A DNA stretch of 64,000 nucleotides from a virus: positions 1-64,000 of IMG/VR virus record IMGVR_UViG_3300046810_000466; one strand, 5' to 3'. The notes under the pieces are model-generated. The model was not told the origin of the DNA and made no database searches. It worked only from the letters and a program-made list of their open reading frames with translations. Every line of letters begins with the position of its first letter. Within the stretch, counting starts at the first letter, position 1. Both the position numbers and the translations under genes were made by a program. Below, piece after piece: positions 39,621 to 49,519 of the stretch.

Positions 39621-40970
39621 TTACAAGATGCGGGCCTTGTAATCGTACTTGGCCAACAGCAGCGCTTTACCGTGAACGGCTTTCATGCACATCAGCAGCA
39701 TGGTGGAGCCGTAGTTAGCGATTGCCGATGAAGCACCCGTTGGATTGGCTTCCAGACGCGGACCAACGCAGACACTGCAGTAATCCGTGAACGGCAGCTT
39801 GCAGTACATTGGCGAACGAACACGAATCCGTTTACCGATGTAGTTGTCAATGACTTCTTCGGTCAGTCGAACTTTCTCCAAGCCTGGTTCATCTGAGACG
39901 ATAGTGAAGTTCAGGTAACGCTTACGGTTCTCTTTGGTCAGCAACACTTTCACGCCGAGACGAGAACCGCAGTCCACAGGCTTGATGTTTACGTTCGAGG
40001 AGGCGCGCAGCAACCACTTCACCGCTTCACCACCGCGCATGGTTTCAGCGCCACGGTTAAACGAACCAGCACGCAAGTTGTTGACCATGGCCGGCAAGCT
40101 GTCGATGTCCCAACCTTCGTGCAACGAACGCGGGATGAGTTCCACTTCTTGGCCGTCACCCAGACCAGCTTCAGCGCCGACCATCAGGAACTTCTTAGCA
40201 CGGACCACTTCGAAGCTCTTTGACTTGATCAGGAAGTTCAGCGTATCATCGCCAGCCAGCCACTGTTGATCCAGGTCGCGCAGTTCTTTGGCGATCACAG
40301 CCAGCGTTGCTGGATCTTTCAGGCTATCCTTGTACTGTGCAAACAGTTTCTCTTTCAGCTCTTTCAAGCCGGGAGGAGGCAGCAGGGATTTCTCCGTACC
40401 AGCACTAACCCACAGACTAGCAAAGCCAGAGATGTAGGTCATGGCATTGGTAAACTTCAAATACTCCGGCACGAAGATCGCGTTGGGTTTTTTCGGAGCA
40501 ACTGTCGCGTTGGCGTCTACATACACCGGCTCATCCACGAACAATGGCAGAATCATCTCTTCCAAGCGATCGGGCATCATCCGACCTTGGACGAAAGGAA
40601 TCTTCGCACCGAATGGCCAGATCAGCAGAATGTAGTTTGCCAAGATATTGCCATAGCTAACAACTGCATCCACACTCAGGTTGGGTACTTGGCCGGCCTT
40701 GAGTGCCACCTTCTCAGCCTTCATGAAGGGTGGTTGAATCTCGCCTGCTGGCAAAACACGGTCGCTCATGTCGAGCGGCAGCAGTTCGCTGATATCATCC
40801 GGGTTGACGTAGAACACGCCAGTAGGCGACTGCACCAAGCGATACGGGTAAGGATCTTGTTTGTACTGTTCAGGCGCTTCCTGGATGGTGGCGAAGGCCG
40901 AGATCACCCAGGACTTATTACGGTACAACTCCGCCTTCATGGCGGCGATAAAGTAGTCTAAGCGGTTCAT
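39621..40970 (-). CDS. rpoC: Virion RNA polymerase beta'-like subunit piece (phiKZ gp80-like)
   Basis: 449 aa. 'SLHEGW...RAGSFNRGAETMRGG' (bridge-helix region) and 'DCGS...RSPMYC...YCSVCVG' (beta' Zn site). Confidence 0.75.
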   Translation of the reverse strand: MNRLDYFIAAMKAELYRNKSWVISAFATIQEAPEQYKQDPYPYRLVQSPTGVFYVNPDDISELLPLDMSDRVLPAGEIQPPFMKAEKVALKAGQVPNLSVDAVVSYGNILANYILLIWPFGAKIPFVQGRMMPDRLEEMILPLFVDEPVYVDANATVAPKKPNAIFVPEYLKFTNAMTYISGFASLWVSAGTEKSLLPPPGLKELKEKLFAQYKDSLKDPATLAVIAKELRDLDQQWLAGDDTLNFLIKSKSFEVVRAKKFLMVGAEAGLGDGQEVELIPRSLHEGWDIDSLPAMVNNLRAGSFNRGAETMRGGEAVKWLLRASSNVNIKPVDCGSRLGVKVLLTKENRKRYLNFTIVSDEPGLEKVRLTEEVIDNYIGKRIRVRSPMYCKLPFTDYCSVCVGPRLEANPTGASSAIANYGSTMLLMCMKAVHGKALLLAKYDYKARIL

Positions 40971-41818
40971 GCTTGATATCCCATCATCAACTGGCGCACT
41001 TCCACCATAATTGCCGAGATTGCTTTTGGCTCAGCAATGAATTGTTCGAGGTTGGCTTTCACCGTTTCGTTTGGATTACCGTAGCCATCGCTTGACACCA
41101 ACGCTGCTGCAAACAACTCAGCTGCTGCTTGCTTTGGTTTCATGCCTTGCAATGCTTCGTTGGTGTCGATCAGCATGGCATACATCAAGAACGGTAACGA
41201 TGGATTAACTCCCGAACGCAGGATCGCTGGCATCTGGGTAATTGTCAGCGAGATAGACAACATGAAAGTTTCGAACTTGCGATACGCATGCATGCGTTCA
41301 CGGCGATCGGTCAACATGTTCTCGTCTTCATGCTGTTCGGTCTGATTGATTTCTTTCAGACGCAGCAAGAAACCGTCTGCCACATCTTCAATCATCACCA
41401 GCAACTCGTCAGCAGTGTAACGTGTCACCTGGGACATCATCACACAGAACTTCTCCAAGGTAGGAGCTTCTTCGTCAGCCAGTTCAAACAGCGACTGTGG
41501 GTTTTCGTAGTTGTCGATGTCCAACAAACCGGTAACAATGTTAGCCAGTTCATTCAATCCCAACTCTGGCACAACGGTGATGCTGTGCAAGGTCAACAGC
41601 TGGAACAATTGCTGACGGTAAACTGCCAAGATATTAGCCAGCGGCAGGCCGCTATCTTGCTCTTCTGCAGTCATGATGATTTCTTCAATCACCTGTTCGT
41701 AGTTGTCCATCTCAGCCCGTACCAATACACGATCAGCAAGGGCGATGTGGTTCTTCTCTTCTGCCGTGGTATTGGCATCGAGGAATTCACGCAGAATGTC
41801 TAACATGGTGAGGGTCAC
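40967..41818 (-). CDS. Conserved phiKZ-like protein (gp79-like)
   Basis: ~280 aa, acidic and helical. Its stop overlaps the next ATG (ATGA). The start may instead be the ATG four codons downstream. Confidence 0.55.
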   Translation of the reverse strand: MTLTMLDILREFLDANTTAEEKNHIALADRVLVRAEMDNYEQVIEEIIMTAEEQDSGLPLANILAVYRQQLFQLLTLHSITVVPELGLNELANIVTGLLDIDNYENPQSLFELADEEAPTLEKFCVMMSQVTRYTADELLVMIEDVADGFLLRLKEINQTEQHEDENMLTDRRERMHAYRKFETFMLSISLTITQMPAILRSGVNPSLPFLMYAMLIDTNEALQGMKPKQAAAELFAAALVSSDGYGNPNETVKANLEQFIAEPKAISAIMVEVRQLMMGYQA

Positions 41819-42049
41819 CTAAAAAGTGTCAAATAGGAAATGCATGCCTGTTATTTATGCCTTAGGCGTGGTCAAATGATTGGGTTCGGTTCATCTCATT
41901 CTTTGTAACTACGCTGTGCTCGTTAGAATTTCTAATAGATAAAAAAATATCTATACAGAGGCATCGTCTGACCGTTGCCGTAGTACAAGGCTTTTAGAGA
42001 TGTTTGACATCTTTCAATTGAACAAATAAAGATTAACTGGAGTTAAGAA

Positions 42050-42550
42050 ATGACCCGTAAAAGCGATGGCCGGATTAAACGCGATCTGGCAGCGGCAGCG
42101 CTCGCTGACCAAAATGTCCGCAGTCCTTATCTGGACTTGGAAGACATGTACGCTACCCAGCGCCGGCTGTTCGGTCCGTACTACCAGATGGCCAAACTGA
42201 TCAGCGATCCCGAAGTTTCCAAGTACCTGGTCGACATCGTCAAGACCCTGAACCTGGTACGCGGCCTGTCCGCCGACGTCAAGGATCTGCATGAACGCAC
42301 CGAGGCGTTGCACACCCGTCACGCCGGCAAGACCACGATGCCTGACCTCATCAACGAAGATGAGAACATGGACATCCTGATGATGTTCGAGAACTACAGC
42401 ATGCTGTTCAACGTGCACCAGCAAACCATCGTGCCGATCCTGACCGAGCTGGACGAACACCTGCGCGCCGCACTGCGCAACAAAGAAACAGCTGAAAGCC
42501 AAACGGCGGCGCCGGTGGCAGAAGTTGAACAAGTGGCCAACCACGGCTAA
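42050..42550 (+). CDS. Conserved phiKZ-like helical protein (gp78-like)
   Basis: 166 aa with a GGAG RBS. Confidence 0.55.
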   Translation: MTRKSDGRIKRDLAAAALADQNVRSPYLDLEDMYATQRRLFGPYYQMAKLISDPEVSKYLVDIVKTLNLVRGLSADVKDLHERTEALHTRHAGKTTMPDLINEDENMDILMMFENYSMLFNVHQQTIVPILTELDEHLRAALRNKETAESQTAAPVAEVEQVANHG

Positions 42551-42561
42551 CCGAGGACGAC

Positions 42562-44211
42562 ATGAGCGATCAAGAACAAGCGCAACCTGGCGGCATTCCA
42601 CAAGTGGATGATGTCGCTGGCGGTCTGCCGCAAGAATTCCATCCAGCACAACCTTACGTTCCGCCTGAAGAATTGCTCCAAAGCACCCAGGTAGCAGAAC
42701 TGTCGGCGCCTGTCGACGAAGAAGCGGACATGCTGGAAGTGGACCTGCCGCCAGTCGGCGAACCGCAAGCATTCACATCCGACACTGCTGACGAGTTCAA
42801 CTGGCCTGCTCCGGCACCCAACAACAACGCCACGCTCGAGATCCCGTACTCGACGCCGGTCGCGGAAGACAAGTGGGATGACCTGGCGACAACGCTGGCA
42901 ATGCCACCTGACACCGCAGCGCGCTGGATCAACTACGCTGAACAGCAACCCAATCCTGACCTGGGCAACAACGAAAAGGGTGAAGAATGGGTCGGCGTGA
43001 TCACCGATGGTCTGGGCAATGGTTCGTTCCAAGACAACATGGCGCCAGCTGCTCGCCGCGAAGGTGCTGACTACCGTCAACGCATCATGGCTGGCGATAA
43101 GATTCTGGCGATTGCCTCGCCACGCATCCATGACGACGAAGGTCCGCTGCTGACCGGAGAACGCGGCATGCTGCGTGTGAACGCATTGCTGGGTCGCGGT
43201 GCGTTGATCCAAGTACCGCTGTGGCATTCCGGCTTCTGGATCACGTTGAAGTCGCCGGGCGAAACCCAACTGCTGGACACCTTCCAGCGCATCATCGACA
43301 ACAAGATCACCTTCGGCCGCGCCAGCAATGGACTGGCCTTTGCTAATCACGCTGTGTATACCAATGCCGCGGTGGTTGATCTGGCGATGCAATGTCTGTA
43401 CGAAACCTCGGTGCAAGGTCTGAGCAGCTGGAGCGAAGTACGCACCATGATCAAGGCGCCTGACCTGCACATGCTGGCATGGGGCCTGGCGTGCGCTGTT
43501 AACCCTCGCGGCTTCCAGTTCGAGCGTTCGTTGATCGATCCGAAAGGTCTGGCTACCACGGTGGTGCGTGAAAACCTGAATGTCGGCGCGCTGCTGTGGA
43601 CTGACCGCAACAGTCTGGACGACTGGCAGATCGCCCACATGGCTCGCCGCGTCACCGGCAGCATGACCAAGGATCAGGTCAAGTTGTATGGCGATCACTT
43701 CGTGCGTGGTACACCGAAGAGTGTGCTGTTCAACGACGACCTGGGCATGACCATGCGCGTACCGTCGATCGACGAATACCTGATCACTGGCCAGCTCTGG
43801 GTTGATGAACTGGTGGCTGCCGTGAACGAAGCCTTCACCCAGGAAACGGATCACAAGCAACGCAACAGCTTGATCCTGGATCGCGCTAAGGCAACGTCTA
43901 TGCGCCAGTACTCGCACTGGATCGAATCCTTCGACTTGCCGAAATTGAACAAGAAGATGGTCGATCGCGAAACGCTGACCAAGACCTGCGCCAGCCTGTC
44001 GTCGGACAACAGCATTCGTCTGAAGTTCTACGAGACCATGAAGGCGTACATCAACGACTCGATGGTTGCGCTGATCGGTGTACCCCAAGTGCACCCTGAA
44101 GAAAGCGGCCAGGTCAAGCCTCGTTTCGAGAACATCATCCCGCTCGATCCGATCTCGGTTTTTTTCAGCCTCCTCTCCCAAAAAATCCAACAAATCCGGA
44201 TGCGTCAATAG
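42562..44211 (+). CDS. Conserved phiKZ-like protein, putative baseplate hub assembly factor (gp77-like)
   Basis: 549 aa with a GAGG RBS. 'VPLWHSGFWITLKSP...LAWGLACAVNPRGF...MRQYSHWI...IIPLDPISVFF'. Confidence 0.55.
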   Translation: MSDQEQAQPGGIPQVDDVAGGLPQEFHPAQPYVPPEELLQSTQVAELSAPVDEEADMLEVDLPPVGEPQAFTSDTADEFNWPAPAPNNNATLEIPYSTPVAEDKWDDLATTLAMPPDTAARWINYAEQQPNPDLGNNEKGEEWVGVITDGLGNGSFQDNMAPAARREGADYRQRIMAGDKILAIASPRIHDDEGPLLTGERGMLRVNALLGRGALIQVPLWHSGFWITLKSPGETQLLDTFQRIIDNKITFGRASNGLAFANHAVYTNAAVVDLAMQCLYETSVQGLSSWSEVRTMIKAPDLHMLAWGLACAVNPRGFQFERSLIDPKGLATTVVRENLNVGALLWTDRNSLDDWQIAHMARRVTGSMTKDQVKLYGDHFVRGTPKSVLFNDDLGMTMRVPSIDEYLITGQLWVDELVAAVNEAFTQETDHKQRNSLILDRAKATSMRQYSHWIESFDLPKLNKKMVDRETLTKTCASLSSDNSIRLKFYETMKAYINDSMVALIGVPQVHPEESGQVKPRFENIIPLDPISVFFSLLSQKIQQIRMRQ

Positions 44212-44273
44212 AGAACATCGATCACGTCGCTCACCCGCTGTTCGCAGCAGAGTTACAGAAAGACCCCGAGCAC

Positions 44274-44684
44274 GTGATCGAGGCGCTCCTCGAGCAGTTG
44301 GCACCGTACTTAGAAAGCGAACCCAAGCTTACTTCGGTACAGGCGGAACAAGTCTTGCGCAAAGCTTACTTGTTCCACTATCACTTTTCTGACGCCAACT
44401 CGTTAGCTGCACAACCCGCATCCTTGGTGCGCTTCCATTCTGCTGAAGACTCCTTCCGCGGCTCCATGATGGAAGACCATGCAGAACATTTTGCCGATCT
44501 TGACATTGGTGACGTGTTCCGCATCTCGTGGTTGGAATACGTTTCTCTCCCTCGCCATGAAATGCAAATCCTGCGTAACATTGCGGAGAAGATCAAGAAA
44601 CGAAAAATTAGCAGCGATAACAATAGTCTAGACGAGGCCGAGAAGTTATTGCGTGCTGCTGGGAGAAAAGTGGGAGGAGGGTAA
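44274..44684 (+). CDS. Hypothetical protein (gp76-like)
   Basis: 136 aa, GTG start (uncertain). 'IGDVFRISWLEYVSLPRHE'. Confidence 0.5.
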   Translation: MIEALLEQLAPYLESEPKLTSVQAEQVLRKAYLFHYHFSDANSLAAQPASLVRFHSAEDSFRGSMMEDHAEHFADLDIGDVFRISWLEYVSLPRHEMQILRNIAEKIKKRKISSDNNSLDEAEKLLRAAGRKVGGG

Positions 44685-44686
44685 TC

Positions 44687-45151
44687 ATGGCAATCCGTTA
44701 TATCAGAAACTACCGCCTGGTATTCGACGATGCTCAGGTGTTGGTGTGTACGACCAACAGTGTTGGCGTCATGGGTGCGGGAGTGGCGAAGATATTTCGG
44801 GAGCAGATCCCCAAACTGTTCTATCGTTACAAAGCGCACTGCAAGAAGCATGAGCCTAAGGAAATGGTGCCGTATGTCTTCGACCGAGAATCCGGGAAGT
44901 TTGTGTACTGCCTCCACACCAAGTGGCAATGGTGGAATCCTTCGAAGCTGGAATACGTTGAGAAGGGACTCGAGTCCTTCGTGGCTTGGTGTAAGGAGCA
45001 TGATATCAAATCCGTTGCTATGCCTCCTCTGGGATGTGGTAACGGGGGCTTGACGTTTGAAGGCGGGGAGAATCCCGACGAAGACATCAAGAACGTGATG
45101 GAACGCTACCTACAAGAGCTGGATGCGGATGTGCGTATTTACTGTCCGTAG
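44687..45151 (+). CDS. Macrodomain protein, DarG/TARG1-like ADP-ribosyl glycohydrolase
   Basis: 154 aa with a GGAGG RBS. 'VCTTNSVGVMGAGVAKIF', 'YCLHTKWQWW' (equivalent to NFPTK.HW), and 'SVAMPPLGCGNGGL'. Confidence 0.85.
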   Translation: MAIRYIRNYRLVFDDAQVLVCTTNSVGVMGAGVAKIFREQIPKLFYRYKAHCKKHEPKEMVPYVFDRESGKFVYCLHTKWQWWNPSKLEYVEKGLESFVAWCKEHDIKSVAMPPLGCGNGGLTFEGGENPDEDIKNVMERYLQELDADVRIYCP

Positions 45152-45172
45152 AAACAAAAAAAGAAACATAGC

Positions 45173-45215
45173 GCATACCTCTCCCCTACCGTTAAGGTAG
45201 GGGAGAGGAGTATGC
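45173..45215. terminator. Hairpin between convergent genes
   Basis: GCATAC-CTCTCCCCTACC-GTTAA-GGTAGGGGAGAG-GA-GTATGC. Confidence 0.7.
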
Positions 45216-45222
45216 TGTCTCG

Positions 45223-45726
45223 TTAGAAATCGTAATCGGTTAAGGATGCCAAGACGTTAAACTCGACAAAGCCTTTTTCAGGTACTGTGGTGTTGATCAG
45301 TTTCAGCAATTGTTCGCTGACTTCTGTACCAGGTAGTTTACCAAACAACAGGTAATCGCGTACGTCGTACGCGGCAGCATTCAGATTGTCGATCTGGTAG
45401 ATAGCACGGTGGTCATCTGGGAAAGCCAGTGCCCAGTCTTTCGTTTGGCGTAGCACTTCAAGTGCCATTTGTGTTTCTTCTTTATCGCCATACCGCACTA
45501 CTACTGTTTCGCCAATGTCTTCGATAAATACATTGCGTACTCCAATGTACTCGTATACATCTTGCGTTACAAACAGACTGAGCTTGAGCGCATCACGCGA
45601 CCCATGTGAAAAACTTCCCATGAGAATCTTCCCGTGTATCAGCACAATCTCATCCGTCAAGGAGTCAAGCAGCTTCAGTAGCCCCTCGGTGCCTGCCTGC
45701 TTGGGGGTTGTGTGTATGATCGCCAT
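45223..45726 (-). CDS. Hypothetical protein
   Basis: 167 aa with an AAAGGGA RBS, flanked by hairpins. Confidence 0.55.
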   Translation of the reverse strand: MAIIHTTPKQAGTEGLLKLLDSLTDEIVLIHGKILMGSFSHGSRDALKLSLFVTQDVYEYIGVRNVFIEDIGETVVVRYGDKEETQMALEVLRQTKDWALAFPDDHRAIYQIDNLNAAAYDVRDYLLFGKLPGTEVSEQLLKLINTTVPEKGFVEFNVLASLTDYDF

Positions 45727-45815
45727 CGGGTCGTTCCCTTTCTTTTGGTCCCTTCTTATGATAACGTGGCCAAATGATATCGTTAGAACGCAGGAGCGGC
45801 TCCGTATGACGTCAT

Positions 45816-45843
45816 AAAGCGCCGACCCGTAGGTCGGCGCTTT
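45816..45843. terminator. Intrinsic terminator after the helicase
   Basis: AAAGCGCCGACC-CGTA-GGTCGGCGCTTT. Confidence 0.75.
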
Positions 45844-45844
45844 A

Positions 45845-47392
45845 CTAGATCATTGTGCCGTAGAAACGCTTCTCGTACGTCAGTGCGCGGAACTTGAGTA
45901 GCTCCACTTTGCGTTGGTGATACTCGATATGTTTCTCGAAGTCGTCGCAGACAAAGTACACGAAATACATTTTACGATCCAGGCTTGGATCTCTCAGGTT
46001 CAGGTCACGCAAGCGACCAAAGCCCTGTAGGTTCGATGGGGAGCTGTTAATTGCCACAGTCAGAATCACTGTAGTCAATCCCGGGATGTCTTTCCCCGTA
46101 CCAGCCGAACCGATGGTGGAGACGCTAATATCAGCCGTCATTAAGTCCTGGAAGTCATCACCGCCCACAAAACGACAAACCTTCAAGTGCGGGTACAAAT
46201 CCTGGACGTAATCTGCAAACATCGTACACATCTCGACGGAAGCAAAGTACACCAAACACTTGTCACCGGGCTTGTAGTTCAAATCGTAAGTGAACTTCAT
46301 GCTCTCATGAACCATCCGGAAGTAGGCGTCTACTTTCCGTCTGTACTGCAGGATACTACTTTCAAACTCATGGTGCGAATACGACCCCATGCCTTTCTGC
46401 AACGTCTTAATTTCAGACGGCACCCGCACACTGTAATGCAGCGAGTAGGCAGTGACATAGCGATCGAAGTCCCCTGTGTCGTAACGGTCTGACTTAGGGT
46501 ACGCCACCTGCATCATGTTGTTAACGAACATGTTATCGTTGAACATCGTAGCCGACAACGTCAGTGAATCATGGACGTTGGTATACAGATCGAGCTTGAA
46601 GTTGAAATGGAAGTTCTCGTGCCCTTCGTCAATCAACCGTAAGCCGGCTTTAATATGCTCAAAAAATTTATGCGGTGGCACGCAGTAGCCCTCCTCTTCG
46701 AGAAGGGCTTCATGTTCTTCGTACTTGTCGATGTAACCGCGGAACGTATCCGAGCTGACAATCACAACGTCGTAAGGGAGATCCCCTGCTTCCGCCATCA
46801 GGAGCAGCGACTTTAACGTATCACCTCCTTTGATGACAACGATGCGCTTAGGTTCGATCACACAGTTCTGCTTAAAGTCGCGCAGCCACTGGTCGATGTA
46901 TTTGGGGCGAAGCATGACACACACACGCTCAGCTAAGATCGAAGCGATCCGCATTGCAGTATATGTCTTGCCTTTCCCCATTTGCATCACAATCATCTTC
47001 GAAGTCGGAGATTCAGGATTGACGCCATATGCCACAGCTGGAATCTGGTGTTCACGATCCGACAGGTGCGACTGAATCAACAGCTCCATCTTGGCTGCCT
47101 TATACGGCTCCACCGTCTTCCACTCAATCAAGTGGTCATCAATGTAATGCCGATGCAGGACTTTCTTGAACTCCTTCAGATGGTTGATGTGGTAACGAAA
47201 CTCGTTTCTCGACCCCGTTGAGGCCGAGAACACCTTGAACGGCATTTCTTTAAAGGACCTGCCACGTCCTACCTTCTGCAAGGAATACTGCACCAGCGTC
47301 CTTGAGAATTCGTTAATGGCAGACCTCATGCGCGCGCTTACACGGTTGATCACGAAGTGGTGTGATGCAACCGTGATACAGGCTAATGTCAT
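45845..47392 (-). CDS. SF2 (UvsW/Rad25-like) helicase (phiKZ gp75-like)
   Basis: 515 aa. Walker A MQMGKGKT, Walker B LIDEGH, motif III LSAT, GTGKDIPGL, and motif VI QGFGRLR. Confidence 0.85.
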   Translation of the reverse strand: MTLACITVASHHFVINRVSARMRSAINEFSRTLVQYSLQKVGRGRSFKEMPFKVFSASTGSRNEFRYHINHLKEFKKVLHRHYIDDHLIEWKTVEPYKAAKMELLIQSHLSDREHQIPAVAYGVNPESPTSKMIVMQMGKGKTYTAMRIASILAERVCVMLRPKYIDQWLRDFKQNCVIEPKRIVVIKGGDTLKSLLLMAEAGDLPYDVVIVSSDTFRGYIDKYEEHEALLEEEGYCVPPHKFFEHIKAGLRLIDEGHENFHFNFKLDLYTNVHDSLTLSATMFNDNMFVNNMMQVAYPKSDRYDTGDFDRYVTAYSLHYSVRVPSEIKTLQKGMGSYSHHEFESSILQYRRKVDAYFRMVHESMKFTYDLNYKPGDKCLVYFASVEMCTMFADYVQDLYPHLKVCRFVGGDDFQDLMTADISVSTIGSAGTGKDIPGLTTVILTVAINSSPSNLQGFGRLRDLNLRDPSLDRKMYFVYFVCDDFEKHIEYHQRKVELLKFRALTYEKRFYGTMI

Positions 47393-49455
47393 ATCAACGC
47401 TTTTCCAAATGCTTGAATTGGATGTTTTCCAAATACTTGAGTCGGAGTATAGATACCGTCGAACGGGTGATCGAAGCGATTGGTGTTGATGAAGCTGGCA
47501 GGCGCCTGCAGCGCTTCGTATTGTTTCTCGAAGGCCATCAGTACCGACAAGCTACGGCCGTTCATGGTCATGGACAACACCGACGGTTGCGATGTAGTCC
47601 ACGGCTTAGGCAGGCTGTAGTCGTTGTGTTCCGCCGAAACGATCGTGGTCGCGTAGAGAATGACCTCCAAGCACGACAAGTTCACGTTCAGCTTCCAGTT
47701 CACGTAATCGAACAGCTCAAGTATCATCTTGTCTGCCGATTCAATGCGTGCACGCTTGCGCATTTCTGCCACACGCGATTCCAACATCCGTGCCACTTGA
47801 TCCACGTGGTCCGAATTGTTGAAGTGTTTTGCAGGCATCACCAGGACCGGGTCGTCCCAGTTCCATTCCGACATGTCGATGCGGTACTTTTCTTCGGTCG
47901 AAGTCTTGGTGCTCTTCTCACGAATCGTTGTCCAGCCTTTCTCACGGATGTAGTTCAACATCTCATGCGACAAGCTGGCATCCCGGCTACCGGCCACGCC
48001 AACAGGAACAGGGATTTTGTGCCGGATAATCCCTTCGAGTACTTCGATATTCAATACCGTCAGTTCCGAGTAGTGTTCTGGTGGATGTTCTTCCACATCG
48101 TCCACGCTTCGGATGTCATTCAAACTCTCCACTTGCGAGCGGAGCAGAATGATTGCCACTTCTTTATCTTCAATCTCCTTACTCAAGCAGTACGACGAGT
48201 TATCGGGACCACCAATGACGAACTTCCGCAATTCTGGCGAGAGTTCAATCTTGTCGAGCGCACTGGAGCGATCCAAGTGCTTGGCCGACAGCAGGGCCTG
48301 GGTAGCCTGTTCTGCCATGTTGGTAGCGCACCACTGGCCAATGTTGGCGCCAGATGGTACATTCAATGCCAGTTCGCCGAAGCAGGTCGAGCACACACCT
48401 GCTGGATCGGGATGGGCACAGTGCAGCGTTGTACGCAACCGCACCGTTTGGCCAATCAGGTTCACCATGTTCGGCCGGATGGTTTCCAGCTGACCGGTGA
48501 GTTCGTTCAGGTAGTACTTGCCGTCCAGCAGAATCAAATCACTGGTCCGGACAATGTCACCTTGGTCATCACGTTTGTCCGGACGAATCGTCCAGTCCAG
48601 ATACTCCTTCGAACCGCAATCACAATCCTGGTGGAGGTTCTGTACGTTCTGAGAAACGAACTGCAGCTTACGGGAGAAGTACTCGGACATCCGCAGCGAT
48701 TCCGCCGCGTAATACGACGAACGCGCAGCGGAACGTGTTTCCACCGCCGAGCTGTAGATGTCACGGATACCTTCCACGTAACTACGGGTGATCGCTGTGC
48801 TGAAGATCCGCGAGTTCATGTCCGTTGGATTACCACGTGGGCCGATGTTCTGGTGCACCTGGGTTTGCTTCAGCAACTTGGAGCGGTACTCTGCTGCAAT
48901 GGGGTTGCCAATCAAACGGGTTTTGTCGTTGAAGATCTTGTCAATCACGGCGTAGACTTCATGGACATGGATCTCGCCGTTCTGGACAGCACGGTTGGCT
49001 TCGTAGATCTCCGGCTCATCCATTGCTTCATGGAAGTGCAGGATATCAATCGTGCCAACGAAAGCGTCCGCATGCTTGATGATGCCGCAATACGCTTTGT
49101 TGTGGATGTCGTATGCCAAACGCCACAGGTCTGGATCGAGTTTCACGCGCTCTGGCGCGCTGAACGCACGATAGGTGTCATACACACACATCATGGTTGT
49201 ACCGAGCAGCTCGCTGTCGATCCCGATCGACAAGCGACGTCCCTTGGACACGCCGCGCAGATGGTGCTCCTTCAACAACGGAGTGGCCGGGTAAGCGCGA
49301 TGGAAGTCCCACACGTAACTACTGTAGCAGGTCTCCGCTGCATTGGTTTTGAATTCCTCACCATTGTCCATGACGAGGATGAATTCGCCGGTAAGCCAGT
49401 CCCACAGCTCATCGGCAGGTATGCCTAGCAAATAACGGGCGTCGATACGTTTCAT
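47389..49455 (-). CDS. rpoC: Non-virion RNA polymerase beta' C-terminal subunit (phiKZ gp74-like)
   Basis: 688 aa. 'IGPRG...SYVEG...SEYFSRKLQ...DCGS...LRTTLHC...VCSTCFG...TQALLSAKH'. Confidence 0.85.
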   Translation of the reverse strand: MKRIDARYLLGIPADELWDWLTGEFILVMDNGEEFKTNAAETCYSSYVWDFHRAYPATPLLKEHHLRGVSKGRRLSIGIDSELLGTTMMCVYDTYRAFSAPERVKLDPDLWRLAYDIHNKAYCGIIKHADAFVGTIDILHFHEAMDEPEIYEANRAVQNGEIHVHEVYAVIDKIFNDKTRLIGNPIAAEYRSKLLKQTQVHQNIGPRGNPTDMNSRIFSTAITRSYVEGIRDIYSSAVETRSAARSSYYAAESLRMSEYFSRKLQFVSQNVQNLHQDCDCGSKEYLDWTIRPDKRDDQGDIVRTSDLILLDGKYYLNELTGQLETIRPNMVNLIGQTVRLRTTLHCAHPDPAGVCSTCFGELALNVPSGANIGQWCATNMAEQATQALLSAKHLDRSSALDKIELSPELRKFVIGGPDNSSYCLSKEIEDKEVAIILLRSQVESLNDIRSVDDVEEHPPEHYSELTVLNIEVLEGIIRHKIPVPVGVAGSRDASLSHEMLNYIREKGWTTIREKSTKTSTEEKYRIDMSEWNWDDPVLVMPAKHFNNSDHVDQVARMLESRVAEMRKRARIESADKMILELFDYVNWKLNVNLSCLEVILYATTIVSAEHNDYSLPKPWTTSQPSVLSMTMNGRSLSVLMAFEKQYEALQAPASFINTNRFDHPFDGIYTPTQVFGKHPIQAFGKALI

Positions 49456-49475
49456 TGTTGATTCTTTCTAAAAAC

Positions 49476-49500
49476 ACCACTCCGGGGTGAACGGAGTGGT
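49476..49500. other. Intergenic hairpin between nvRNAP genes
   Basis: ACCACTCCG-N7-CGGAGTGGT, with TTATGC downstream. Confidence 0.45.
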
Positions 49501-49519
49501 TCGTGCTGTTATTATGCTT

